This document shows, piece by piece, positions 39,608-48,918 of a DNA stretch of 64,000 nt. Positions within the stretch are counted from its first letter, which is position 1. The number at the start of each line of letters is the position of its first letter. Origin of the DNA: a virus; IMG/VR virus record IMGVR_UViG_3300044623_001092; one strand, 5' to 3'. The notes beneath the pieces are model-generated. The model was not told where the DNA came from. It did no database searches and saw only the letters and a list, made by a program, of their open reading frames with translations. The translations under genes and the position numbers were made by a program.

Positions 39608-42025
39608 CTATGATGAACAACCAAAACATTCAAATTCCGAATCACTTGGTTTTTCAGGTATCACGTCGACTTTAGGTTTTTCATTAGTAACAGGTCTTTC
39701 TTTTCTTGAGATATCCACTGCTAAGTGTTTCGCTCCTGTTGAAATCGCTTTAGTTCTAATGTAATAACTTAAAGTTTTCAATCCTTTATCCCATCCGTGA
39801 AAGTGTGATGAGGTTATTTTTGATAATGTTGGATTATTCATATAGATATTCATTGATTGTGATTGGTCGATGAAAGGGGCTCTCTCAGCCGCCATATCAA
39901 TCAATTCTCTTTGTGAAATCTCCCAAATTGTTTTGTATTTGTTAATTAAATGTTCAATACGTGTAACTTTTTTATTGTAATTTTTATCCTCAACATCAAG
40001 GTAATGATTGAAGTTAATATTTTGAATTGACCCCTCATTTAAGATGATATCATTTTTCAAATCTTCACACCAAACACCAATTTTTTCAAAATCTTGAATT
40101 AAATACTTGTTAACAATTAAAATCTCACCTCCAACTACACGTCTGTTAAATAACGCTGAGTGAGCTGGTTCAGTCATTTCAAATGACCCCGTTATCTTAG
40201 CTGAAGATGCCACAGGCATCTGAGCCGTGAATAATGAGTTACAAATACCGTGTTTCATCACACTATCTTTTAATGAATACCAATCCCACATTCCTGATAA
40301 ATCATCTTCAGATAACCCCCACATATCAAATTGGAACACACCTTTCGACATTGGAGAACCTTCAAAGTAACCATATGGTTGATATTTCCCTTCAACACAT
40401 AATTGATTACTCTCAGTAATTGATGCGAAATAAATTGTTTCGAAAATTTCTTTATTTAATTTTCTTGCCTCATCAGATGTGAAAACATAATCCATTAAAT
40501 AAAACACGTCAGCTAATCCTTGAACACCAATAGCAATTGCTCTTTGTTCTAAACCACCTTTAAGTCCTTTCTGAGTTGAATAACTATTGATGTTAATAAC
40601 CTTGTTTAATGTTCTTGTAACTTTTCTAACCTCATCAAATAATAATTTGAAGTCGAATTTACCGTCAATAATAAAGTTTTTCAACACCATAGATGATAAT
40701 GTACATATGGCCGTCGTTTCTTCATCAGTGTATTGGAATATCTCAGCACATAAGTTAGATTGGTGAATAACTCCAATGTTTTGGTGGTTAGTTTTCTTAT
40801 TAGCGTTATCTTTAGAACATAAATAAGGAACACCTGTTTCAATTTGAGACTCCAAAATTTTTGTCCAAACCTCAGTAGCACTTACTTTTTTACCTAATCC
40901 TAATTCAACTGCTTTTGCATAAGTTTGTTCATACTCATCACCATAAGACTCTTGTAATGGTTTTAGACCCGCTTTCTTAATATCATTAGGACAGAACAAA
41001 TACCAATCACCACCGTTTCTAACCGCGTGCATGAAGTTATCAGGAATCCACAATGCCGTGAACAAATCTCTCGCTCTTAACTCATCTTTACCTGTATTCT
41101 TTTTGATATCCAATAAATCGAAAATATCTTTATGCCAAGGTTCGATATAGATTGCCGCACTACCAGGTCTTCTTCCTTGTTGATTAAAGAATCTTAACCC
41201 TTCATTAACAATTTTTAAGTATTTTAATAAACCACCCGCGAATCCACCTGAACTTGTTATACGACTTTCTTTACTACGTAAGTTAGACATACATAAACCA
41301 ATACCTGCAGCATCAGAAGAATAAGTTGAGATATCACTGAATGTGTTTAATAACCCTTGTCTTGAATCCGAATCATTATAATGTAACACACAAGACGCTA
41401 ACTGAGGGATTAATGTTCCTGAGTTAATCATAATTGGGGTTGCTTTAGAGATTCTTTGTTCTGATAAAGATTTGTAGTAGTCCATAGCCTCCTCATATGA
41501 TTCAGTAACCCACAAAGCGATTCTCATATACATATGTTGGGGTCTTTCGATAACTTTACCGTTAGGTAATTTCAACAAGTACATTTCTTGTAATGCTTTC
41601 CAAGCGAAAAAGTCAAAGTTATAATCATTTTCGTGATTAATAACAGAATCAATATTACTTGGTCCATATTCCTCAATTATACTAACCAATTTATCGTGAA
41701 CGACACCTTCAGTATGTAAAACTTTAATAGTCTCAGAAAAACTATCCAAGGTATCTTTATGATACGCTGAGATAGCAACTGATGACGCCAATCTTGAGTA
41801 GTCGTGATGACTACCAGTGTACGATGACGCAATTTCATATACTAATTTATCCAATTCTTTAGTAGTAATATAACCTTCAGTTGGTACTGAAGTTATTACT
41901 TTAATGAAAATCTCATCAAAGTTAACATTAAGCCCTTTGGACGCTTTTTTAACTCTGTTGTAAATTTTTTGAGGATTAAATGATTGTTTCTCCCCGTTTC
42001 TTTTTTTAATTTTTAATGACATCAT
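39608..42025 (-). CDS. nrdA: class Ia ribonucleotide reductase alpha subunit with N-terminal ATP cone
   Basis: IKKRNG ATP cone, ERPQH, ATP, QLASC, SNLCAEI, CTLSS, MPVASS, KTLSYY, C-terminal CFGC. Confidence 0.97.
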   Translation of the reverse strand: MMSLKIKKRNGEKQSFNPQKIYNRVKKASKGLNVNFDEIFIKVITSVPTEGYITTKELDKLVYEIASSYTGSHHDYSRLASSVAISAYHKDTLDSFSETIKVLHTEGVVHDKLVSIIEEYGPSNIDSVINHENDYNFDFFAWKALQEMYLLKLPNGKVIERPQHMYMRIALWVTESYEEAMDYYKSLSEQRISKATPIMINSGTLIPQLASCVLHYNDSDSRQGLLNTFSDISTYSSDAAGIGLCMSNLRSKESRITSSGGFAGGLLKYLKIVNEGLRFFNQQGRRPGSAAIYIEPWHKDIFDLLDIKKNTGKDELRARDLFTALWIPDNFMHAVRNGGDWYLFCPNDIKKAGLKPLQESYGDEYEQTYAKAVELGLGKKVSATEVWTKILESQIETGVPYLCSKDNANKKTNHQNIGVIHQSNLCAEIFQYTDEETTAICTLSSMVLKNFIIDGKFDFKLLFDEVRKVTRTLNKVININSYSTQKGLKGGLEQRAIAIGVQGLADVFYLMDYVFTSDEARKLNKEIFETIYFASITESNQLCVEGKYQPYGYFEGSPMSKGVFQFDMWGLSEDDLSGMWDWYSLKDSVMKHGICNSLFTAQMPVASSAKITGSFEMTEPAHSALFNRRVVGGEILIVNKYLIQDFEKIGVWCEDLKNDIILNEGSIQNINFNHYLDVEDKNYNKKVTRIEHLINKYKTIWEISQRELIDMAAERAPFIDQSQSMNIYMNNPTLSKITSSHFHGWDKGLKTLSYYIRTKAISTGAKHLAVDISRKERPVTNEKPKVDVIPEKPSDSEFECFGCSS

Positions 42026-42043
42026 ATCAATTATAATATTTTA

Positions 42044-42991
42044 TTAAAACTCGTCAGTGAACGTAATTGTTTCATTCAATTTAGCCTTTTGGTATTCAAG
42101 GGTTCTATTTTCAAAGAAGTTACCTTTAGTTTCAACCGCAATCTGTTCCATGAACTTGAAAGGTTGGTCGACATTAAATTCTTTACTACAACCTAACTTG
42201 TACAATAGACCATCAACCACAAATTCTAAATATTGTTTCATTAAATTAGAATTCATTCCAATTAAAGAAACAGGTAGTGATTCGGTTATAAATTCTTTTT
42301 CAATTTCCAATGCTGAAAGTAAGATTTCTTTAATACGTTTTTCACTTGGTTTGTCCTCAATATGGTTGTTCAATAAGTGAATAGCGAAGTCACAGTGAAG
42401 ATTTTCGTCTTTGAAAATCAATGCGTTAGCGTCACATAAACCTTGCATAATCCCTCTTGATTTCAACCAAAATATTGAACAGAATGAACCAGAAAAAAAT
42501 ATCCCTTCCACCGCTGCAAATGCTATCAATCGTTCTTGAAAAGATGCGTTCTCAATCCAATCTAAAGCCCATTTTGCTTTCTTTTGAACTGCTTCTAATC
42601 TGTCAATTGCGTGAAAACAATCATCTTTTTCCTTAGAGTCTGTGATATAAGTATCAATCAATAAAGAATAAGTTAATGAGTGTTCGTTCTCCATCGCAAT
42701 TTGAAAACCATAGAAGAATTTAGCCTCAGGATATTGAACCTCTCTTGAGAAGTTCTCAGCAATGTTTTCATTAACAATACCATCAGATGCCGCAAAAAAC
42801 GCTAAGATATTTTTGATAAAATATTTTTCATTATCTGATAAATTTTCCCAATCTCTAATGTCATCACTCAAATCAAATTCTTCAGCCGTCCAAAACGCCG
42901 CTTTGTGGTCTTTGTAAAATTGCCAAATATCATGGTATTGTATTGGGAATACCACAAATCTGTCAGGGTTTGGTTTTAAAATATTTTCCAT
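42044..42991 (-). CDS. nrdB: class Ia ribonucleotide reductase beta subunit
   Basis: [27 protein letters not shown] (radical Tyr), [15 protein letters not shown]; start placed at MENILK. Confidence 0.97.
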   Translation of the reverse strand: MENILKPNPDRFVVFPIQYHDIWQFYKDHKAAFWTAEEFDLSDDIRDWENLSDNEKYFIKNILAFFAASDGIVNENIAENFSREVQYPEAKFFYGFQIAMENEHSLTYSLLIDTYITDSKEKDDCFHAIDRLEAVQKKAKWALDWIENASFQERLIAFAAVEGIFFSGSFCSIFWLKSRGIMQGLCDANALIFKDENLHCDFAIHLLNNHIEDKPSEKRIKEILLSALEIEKEFITESLPVSLIGMNSNLMKQYLEFVVDGLLYKLGCSKEFNVDQPFKFMEQIAVETKGNFFENRTLEYQKAKLNETITFTDEF

Positions 42992-42992
42992 A

Positions 42993-44411
42993 TTACTCAG
43001 GTTTTTCTTTGTTATCTTTGTTATCTTTGTTATCATTACTTTTTTGATTCAATTTACGTTTCTCCATCAAATCTTTAATTCTCTGTCTATTTTGTTCTTC
43101 TTTTTGTTCTTCAAGACCTAAGAATGTAACTGATGACTCTGTATCAATTTCTAACATTCCGTTATCAAATTTACAGTTCTCAAACACAACCCCATCATCA
43201 CCGATACGAGACTTAGTAATCGCAATAGTTGCTAATTTCATCTCTTTTTGTTGTAAAGTTTTAGCAACTGAGATAATAACGTGACCTACTTGTGCTTTCT
43301 TAATCGAACCACCCATTTGGTCAGTAGTAACAACCTCAGATGAGATTGAACTTCTATTACCTTGAGTTGCGGTCCAACCAACTAAATCAAGTTCGTGACA
43401 CATAGCCTCAAATGACCTCATCACAGACCCCTCAGATTTCCATTCATCACTATGTTGTCTATCAGGTATAACACAGTCAATGTAATCCAAAAGAACCATA
43501 TCAACTTTATTACCATCAGCAATCATTTTTCTGATTTGGTTTTTTATTTGGAACATTGATATTGTATCAGACGGTAATTTCGTTAGGATTAATTGGTTCT
43601 CCATTTTTTCCTTGATTTCCTTAACCGCAATCATAACTTCATCCTTTTTAGTTGATAAATCATCAGGGTGAACTTTTGTCCACAAAGTTATGTGTTTTCT
43701 TTGGATAATCTTAGGATTATCTTCAAAAAATATTTGAAGGACATTATAACCTAAATTAAATGCGTTATTCGCGATTTTAGTTAATAACGTAGATTTACCC
43801 ACACCTGTCGGTGCCAAAACAACACCAATTTCACCTTTAGCTAAACCACCCTTTAATAATCGGTCAATACCTGGTATTCCCATTGGTATAGGATGTCTAT
43901 AATCCTCATTTAAAACAGAATCTAAGTCAGAAAACACGTCTGACATACCACTTTCTCTTTGACCTACTTGTAAAGCCTCTCTAACTAATTGTTCAACTTT
44001 ATCATAGTTTTCGAACTCACCACCATCTATGATTTTTTGTGCTTTGTTCATCACTTTTTGAAGTTCTTGTTGTTTACAAAACTTCATTGCTTTATCCTGA
44101 ACAAAGTCCCCACCTTCAATAGGTGACTCTTTAATTTTTTTAATGGTATCAATAACCATTTTTGACGCCAATTCTTGTTGTAGTTCAGATTTTGTAATCT
44201 GTTCTAACGTATCATACGTTGGTGTATGCTCGTATTTAACGTAGTACTCTTTAATCATCTGCATGATTAATTTAAAGTACTTGTTTTCAAAGTAATTCAC
44301 CTCTATTACGTCAATAATAGACCTTGCAAATTCCTTATCAACAATAATTTGGTTTAATAACTGTAGTTGAAAACTACTTCCTAAATAATCAAAATTTTTC
44401 TTAGAACTCAT
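42993..44411 (-). CDS. dnaB: replicative DNA helicase, DnaB/gp41-like
   Basis: Walker [31 protein letters not shown]. Confidence 0.9.
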   Translation of the reverse strand: MSSKKNFDYLGSSFQLQLLNQIIVDKEFARSIIDVIEVNYFENKYFKLIMQMIKEYYVKYEHTPTYDTLEQITKSELQQELASKMVIDTIKKIKESPIEGGDFVQDKAMKFCKQQELQKVMNKAQKIIDGGEFENYDKVEQLVREALQVGQRESGMSDVFSDLDSVLNEDYRHPIPMGIPGIDRLLKGGLAKGEIGVVLAPTGVGKSTLLTKIANNAFNLGYNVLQIFFEDNPKIIQRKHITLWTKVHPDDLSTKKDEVMIAVKEIKEKMENQLILTKLPSDTISMFQIKNQIRKMIADGNKVDMVLLDYIDCVIPDRQHSDEWKSEGSVMRSFEAMCHELDLVGWTATQGNRSSISSEVVTTDQMGGSIKKAQVGHVIISVAKTLQQKEMKLATIAITKSRIGDDGVVFENCKFDNGMLEIDTESSVTFLGLEEQKEEQNRQRIKDLMEKRKLNQKSNDNKDNKDNKEKPE

Positions 44412-44440
44412 ATGTTTTTATATTGTATTAATCATAAATA

Positions 44441-44893
44441 TTAAACCTCAAGTGGAATTCCAAGATATTCGTAAGTTAAATTTTTAGATGAAAAAATGTC
44501 AGTCAAAGACATAAGTAAGTTTTTTAGGTGTGGGCGTACGTCCACAGTGTATCTTATCTTCGGAGGGTATATTTTAGCATCAAACTCTCTATGACAAATT
44601 GTCACGTCTCCCTCTTTAATATAGACACTAAAAGACTCAGGTCCATCAGTATATGATGTATCAAGTACTGAAGGGTTGTTCATAATTTCATACATGTTAT
44701 CCAACATATATGTTGCAGATTTCATCTTTAATTCTCGTTCCAAATCATTCTTGAAATCTTTAATTAGATTATACAAATCTATCGAGCCTTTCGCTTTCGG
44801 ATTATAATCTTTAATATTAAAAAGTCTTTGAACGATAATGTTGTTATTCACTTTCATTAAAAATTCCAATTTTGTTGCCGTTTGTTCTTTCAT
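44441..44893 (-). CDS. hypothetical protein (150 aa)
   Basis: ORF in the replication operon; no family recognised. Confidence 0.7.
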   Translation of the reverse strand: MKEQTATKLEFLMKVNNNIIVQRLFNIKDYNPKAKGSIDLYNLIKDFKNDLERELKMKSATYMLDNMYEIMNNPSVLDTSYTDGPESFSVYIKEGDVTICHREFDAKIYPPKIRYTVDVRPHLKNLLMSLTDIFSSKNLTYEYLGIPLEV

Positions 44894-44897
44894 ACTT

Positions 44898-45896
44898 TTA
44901 ATTTTTAAACTTTCTTTTTTCTTTTCTTGCTAATTTTAAATAGGGTGTCAAGAATTTCACCCATTCATTATCTCTCTTAGGTAGGTATTTGAATAAACCA
45001 TCTTCCATCATCATTTTCATCAGATTCTTGTACCCCCTACCTTCAGGGTCTAAAGTTTCTGAGTAATAAAGTTCTACAATTTCTTTTCCATCATCATTAA
45101 TTAAAGGGTTCGACAAATCAACTATTTTTTCATTAATAACAAAAAATTCATCACCAAATATACCATTTTTTGTTTTACCACTTAATAAATTTTTAAGTGC
45201 CGAGTTTTCTTTATCTTCTTTTAACATACCCTCAGCTCTTGTTAAAATATCGGAAACAGATACCACTTTTTCAAGTATCTCAGGAAATAATTTGATAAAT
45301 GTTTTTTCACCTAAGTAATATATACCGTCAATATTATCTGACTTATCACCCGATAGTATTTTATAGGTTGTAACGTTCTGATGAGGTATCTCAATGTTGT
45401 CAATTTTGATTTTATCCCCATTCTTATAGACTTTCTTCTGTGATGGTGAATAGACACTCACTTTATCAGAGATAAGTTGTGTAAGGTCTTTATCATCAGA
45501 AAAAATAACTTTAGTTTCAGTTTCGGAAATATGACAATAATGAGCAATTAAATCATCGGCTTCATTATTAGGAATATCAATTTGTCTAACAAATGTTTCC
45601 TCTAAATATTGTTTGATTCGTTGTCTTTGTTGGTGATAAGATTCTTCGTTAAAGTTCTTGTAAACTCTACGGTTTTCTTTGTATTGAGGGTATATTAGTT
45701 TTCGAGATGAGGAATTATCTTCCCCATCCCAAAATACTACTACTTTATCAAAATTATGTTCTTCAATAAATTTTCTAATGGTGTTTAAAAAGTGCCAAAT
45801 TCCACCCACATGTCGTCCTTCATGGTAAAATTCTTTTACACCATGAAATCCAATTTTAAATAAATTATTCCCGTCAATTAATAGGGTTTTTGTCAT
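44898..45896 (-). CDS. 5'-3' exonuclease / flap endonuclease (PolA N-terminal, T4 RNase H-like)
   Basis: LLIDGNNL, VFWDG, YKENR, EADDLIA, SDDKDLTQL, GDKSDNIDGI..LGEKT. Confidence 0.92.
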   Translation of the reverse strand: MTKTLLIDGNNLFKIGFHGVKEFYHEGRHVGGIWHFLNTIRKFIEEHNFDKVVVFWDGEDNSSSRKLIYPQYKENRRVYKNFNEESYHQQRQRIKQYLEETFVRQIDIPNNEADDLIAHYCHISETETKVIFSDDKDLTQLISDKVSVYSPSQKKVYKNGDKIKIDNIEIPHQNVTTYKILSGDKSDNIDGIYYLGEKTFIKLFPEILEKVVSVSDILTRAEGMLKEDKENSALKNLLSGKTKNGIFGDEFFVINEKIVDLSNPLINDDGKEIVELYYSETLDPEGRGYKNLMKMMMEDGLFKYLPKRDNEWVKFLTPYLKLARKEKRKFKN

Positions 45897-45921
45897 TTTT
45901 TACCATTAAATGGTTCTACAA

Positions 45922-46926
45922 TCAATCTTCGAATTCTTCTTCCGCTTCAGTAGATGCAAAAATTTCACTCAGTTTGAAGTCACCTTCACCACCTAATTTT
46001 TGATTCCAATATTCGGAAAATTCTTTTTTGTACTTGTCAATCTCGGTTTTATCGTCTTTGATATAACCTTGAGGAACTGCCAATATTTTACCATCTTTAT
46101 ATGATAACCCATTAACGTGGTTCTTCAATATTGAAATTTTTGTTCTCGTTGCGTAAACAACCGTTCTATTATTTTTAGTCGCGGTAATGTGATTAATACC
46201 CGCTTTCTTTTGATTACCAAATAAGAATACTAATGACGATGCTAACCATATAGCTTCACCACCTTTAGCCTTAATCTCAGGTTGTCCAAAAGGATTATCA
46301 GGTAATTCTACCCAAGGTTGATTAATAACCACCATACTCGCCCAATAAGGAACATCTTCTTTTTTAGTTTTAGATATTCTCGCTGAAATACCCATACCAA
46401 TTTTATCGGCAAAAGTTGCTGCGTTATGTTGTTTACCACCTTTACCATCAAATGTCATCTTACAAGGTATTGAACCCACAGAATCCCATAAAAAGATAAT
46501 GTTAAAAGGAATTTCACCTTTATCTTGAGCATCTAAAATATTATTGATAAATTCCGTTGCTTGTTCAATGTAATCAAAACTATCATTGAAGATAAAATGA
46601 CCGTCCCATTCTCCATCAGAGTTTTGTTCAGCCTGAAGTCCTAATTCAACCGCATGTTCCCAATTCCATTTTCTTTCAGTAATAATGAATACAGGTAAGT
46701 CACCTTGTTTTTGTGCGTTCGCCGCGGCCAAAATCATTGCAGTTGTTTTAGATGAGTTTGAGTGCCCTAAAAACATACTGATGTGTCCTTTACTTGGCCC
46801 TGGTATCCCACACGCTTCAGTAAACGCCTCACCACAATTGTAAAAACTCTCAGGTTTGTATTTTGTCTTAGTAGAATACTTTTCTTTAATAGTGTCTAAT
46901 GATATTTCTTTTTTCTTAATTGCCAT
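45922..46926 (-). CDS. uvsX: RecA/UvsX-like recombinase
   Basis: GIP...I....GHSNSSKTT, FIITE, WDSVG, VINQ, KGGEA, KNHV. Confidence 0.85.
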   Translation of the reverse strand: MAIKKKEISLDTIKEKYSTKTKYKPESFYNCGEAFTEACGIPGPSKGHISMFLGHSNSSKTTAMILAAANAQKQGDLPVFIITERKWNWEHAVELGLQAEQNSDGEWDGHFIFNDSFDYIEQATEFINNILDAQDKGEIPFNIIFLWDSVGSIPCKMTFDGKGGKQHNAATFADKIGMGISARISKTKKEDVPYWASMVVINQPWVELPDNPFGQPEIKAKGGEAIWLASSLVFLFGNQKKAGINHITATKNNRTVVYATRTKISILKNHVNGLSYKDGKILAVPQGYIKDDKTEIDKYKKEFSEYWNQKLGGEGDFKLSEIFASTEAEEEFED

Positions 46927-46949
46927 AAATAAATGTATTAATAAATTTT

Positions 46950-46980
46950 AAAAAGATAAACCCCAAATATGGGGTTTATC
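46950..46980 (-). terminator. intrinsic terminator/hairpin after the ssb gene
   Basis: GATAAACCCCA-AATA-TGGGGTTTATC with adjacent A-run. Confidence 0.75.
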
Positions 46981-46994
46981 ATGAAATAATTCAA

Positions 46995-47861
46995 TTAGAA
47001 TGGTAAGTCTTCTTCAGGTTCGTCATTCACTTGAGAATCAACTAAAACTTCAGTCGTAACTTTAGTTTTTGACGCTCCACCGAATGTTTCTTCAGATGTG
47101 TCAGTATCACCGTAAGTGTACTTACCTAAAACAGTGTCCCATTTTGGTGTTTGACCATTAGCAATAGCTTCTAAGTACTCAACAGGTTTTTTAGAATAAA
47201 CGTCTCTCCAAGTTAATGAGTTATTAACCCACTCATTAGCAACGTCTTTATCCTCATGAACAGGTGCTGGGTCATCGTACATAACTGTTTGGATAACAGT
47301 ATACTCTTTTCCTTTAGGTGTCTTAGCCTTAGTTAATTCAAGGATAATGTCTCTACCGTTTTCAGGGTCAGTGATATCACCTTTAGCTCTCCAAATAGGA
47401 ATGATTTTGTCTAACACACCTTCATTTTTGTAGTTGTGTTTAAAACGCCAAAACTTAACACCATCTTCAGGTCTGTCTCTGTCGATAACTTTAATGATAT
47501 AAAATTTACGGGCTCTGTAATCACCTGCTAATTTTTTATCACTCTCTTTACCTGTTGACATCAACTCATCGTAAACTTCTGTTAGTGGGGAACGCTCATT
47601 GTCGTTTTTTCCTGGGTCGTACAATTTAAGGTATTGTCCGTCAACTTGAATTTCATGGAACCAAGCTTCAACGAATGGTGAACCACCATCAGTAGCTGGT
47701 AAAATTCTCAGTCTTTTTTGACCTTGTTTTTCATTTTTTTCTAAGATAGCTGCGAAGTATCTTTTCATTCTGTCTTCTTGAGACATTTTTGGGGTAAAGT
47801 TACCCGTTTGTTGTGCTTTCTCGTACTGAGATAACACCGCGTCTAAACTGTTTGTCGCCAT
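46995..47861 (-). CDS. single-stranded DNA-binding protein, T4 gp32-like
   Basis: RLRILP....SPF.E.WFH, GVKFWRF, DITDPENGRDI, acidic C-terminus EEDLPF. Confidence 0.85.
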   Translation of the reverse strand: MATNSLDAVLSQYEKAQQTGNFTPKMSQEDRMKRYFAAILEKNEKQGQKRLRILPATDGGSPFVEAWFHEIQVDGQYLKLYDPGKNDNERSPLTEVYDELMSTGKESDKKLAGDYRARKFYIIKVIDRDRPEDGVKFWRFKHNYKNEGVLDKIIPIWRAKGDITDPENGRDIILELTKAKTPKGKEYTVIQTVMYDDPAPVHEDKDVANEWVNNSLTWRDVYSKKPVEYLEAIANGQTPKWDTVLGKYTYGDTDTSEETFGGASKTKVTTEVLVDSQVNDEPEEDLPF

Positions 47862-47887
47862 ATATGTTAATTTAAATTGTTTACTAA

Positions 47888-47916
47888 ATTATAATCTAAA
47901 AATTCTTGTCAGTCAA
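47888..47916 (-). promoter_or_regulatory. sigma70-like promoter for the replication block
   Basis: Minus strand TTGACT-N17-TATAAT, 27 nt upstream of the ssb ATG and just downstream of a terminator. Confidence 0.55.
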
Positions 47917-47927
47917 TTATGTCAGTT

Positions 47928-47958
47928 AAAAAAAACGAGCCTAAACTCGTTTTTTTTT
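47928..47958. terminator. bidirectional intrinsic terminator
   Basis: A8-CGAG-CCTAAA-CTCG-T-run. Confidence 0.7.
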
Positions 47959-48669
47959 TTATTGTATTCTTTTAAAGTTATCAGGTTCCTTACTATTCTC
48001 AAAATCTCTAAAAGATTTTTTTACATCACTTGGTGTGTAATCTTCAACATCGTCTTGAGTTAAAATATACTCTTCTTTTCCCTGTTTTTCAAATTTTTCT
48101 TGATTATCATCGAAATAATCACTTAATTTCTGATTGAAAGGTCCTGAATCTAAACTTCTTAGTTCCATTTTTTCTTCAGGTGATTTTGTTCTGTATTTCT
48201 CAATTTTTGCTTCTAAACTATTAAGTTTATCTACAATACTATCCATATCACCCAATCTTTCTTCAAGACTTGTTAATTGACCAAATAATTGTTCGAAATA
48301 TTCTTCTTGTTTTTTCTCAACATTTTTTTGAGATTTAACTAAGTCAGTTATTTCAAGTTCTTTATTATCTTTTCCTTTATCGTCAAGTTTCTCAACATCA
48401 GGGTCAGATGTAATATCAATTGGTTCTGCAATTGGGTCTCCACCCATAGCATCAGGAGCCGCTGGTGGAACCGCTCCCATAGCGTCAGGTGAGGGTAACG
48501 CTCCCGCATCAGGCGGAATTGCTCCCGCATCAGGTGGTGGAGGTAATGCTCCCTCATCAGGTGGTGGGGGTAATGCTCCCGCGTCTTGTTCTGTAATATA
48601 TCTATTAATTGAGTTATATCTTTTTAACTCATTTAAAATTTTAACATCTATTTTCATGCTCTTATCCAT
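47959..48669 (-). CDS. acidic protein with Pro-rich repeats and a coiled coil
   Basis: DAGALPPPP-type repeats (48460-48590) followed by a heptad-rich region. Confidence 0.7.
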   Translation of the reverse strand: MDKSMKIDVKILNELKRYNSINRYITEQDAGALPPPPDEGALPPPPDAGAIPPDAGALPSPDAMGAVPPAAPDAMGGDPIAEPIDITSDPDVEKLDDKGKDNKELEITDLVKSQKNVEKKQEEYFEQLFGQLTSLEERLGDMDSIVDKLNSLEAKIEKYRTKSPEEKMELRSLDSGPFNQKLSDYFDDNQEKFEKQGKEEYILTQDDVEDYTPSDVKKSFRDFENSKEPDNFKRIQ

Positions 48670-48886
48670 TTAATAATTGTTTAACTCCGTTATGTGTTTC
48701 AACCTGAACTCGTCTGTTTCTATTGATGGTGTTATCAACTCTCTCAATTAAACCATCTCTCATTCTAATTGTGTAACAATCACCAGTATCTAAATCACAA
48801 ACTTGTTTAGTACCGTCACCCATATCTTTTTCTGTAGTTTTAGTATTCTTACCTAAGTAATTATCTAATATTAGTTTAGTATTCAT
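48662..48886 (-). CDS. hypothetical protein (74 aa)
   Basis: Preceded by TATTTATA (48901-48908); CDLDTGDC motif. Confidence 0.7.
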   Translation of the reverse strand: MNTKLILDNYLGKNTKTTEKDMGDGTKQVCDLDTGDCYTIRMRDGLIERVDNTINRNRRVQVETHNGVKQLLNG

Positions 48887-48918
48887 AATATATCTTTCTA
48901 TATAAATATCGTCATTTT

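Noticed and set aside
43005-43036. 9-bp repeat giving an extended NrdB N-terminus ([10 protein letters not shown])
   Set aside because: The repeat encodes DNKDNKDNK at the helicase C-terminus; NrdB more plausibly starts at ATG 42991
39608-46926. Inteins or introns in nrdA, nrdB, helicase or recA
   Set aside because: Proteins are of normal length with contiguous motifs and no splice-junction motifs seen
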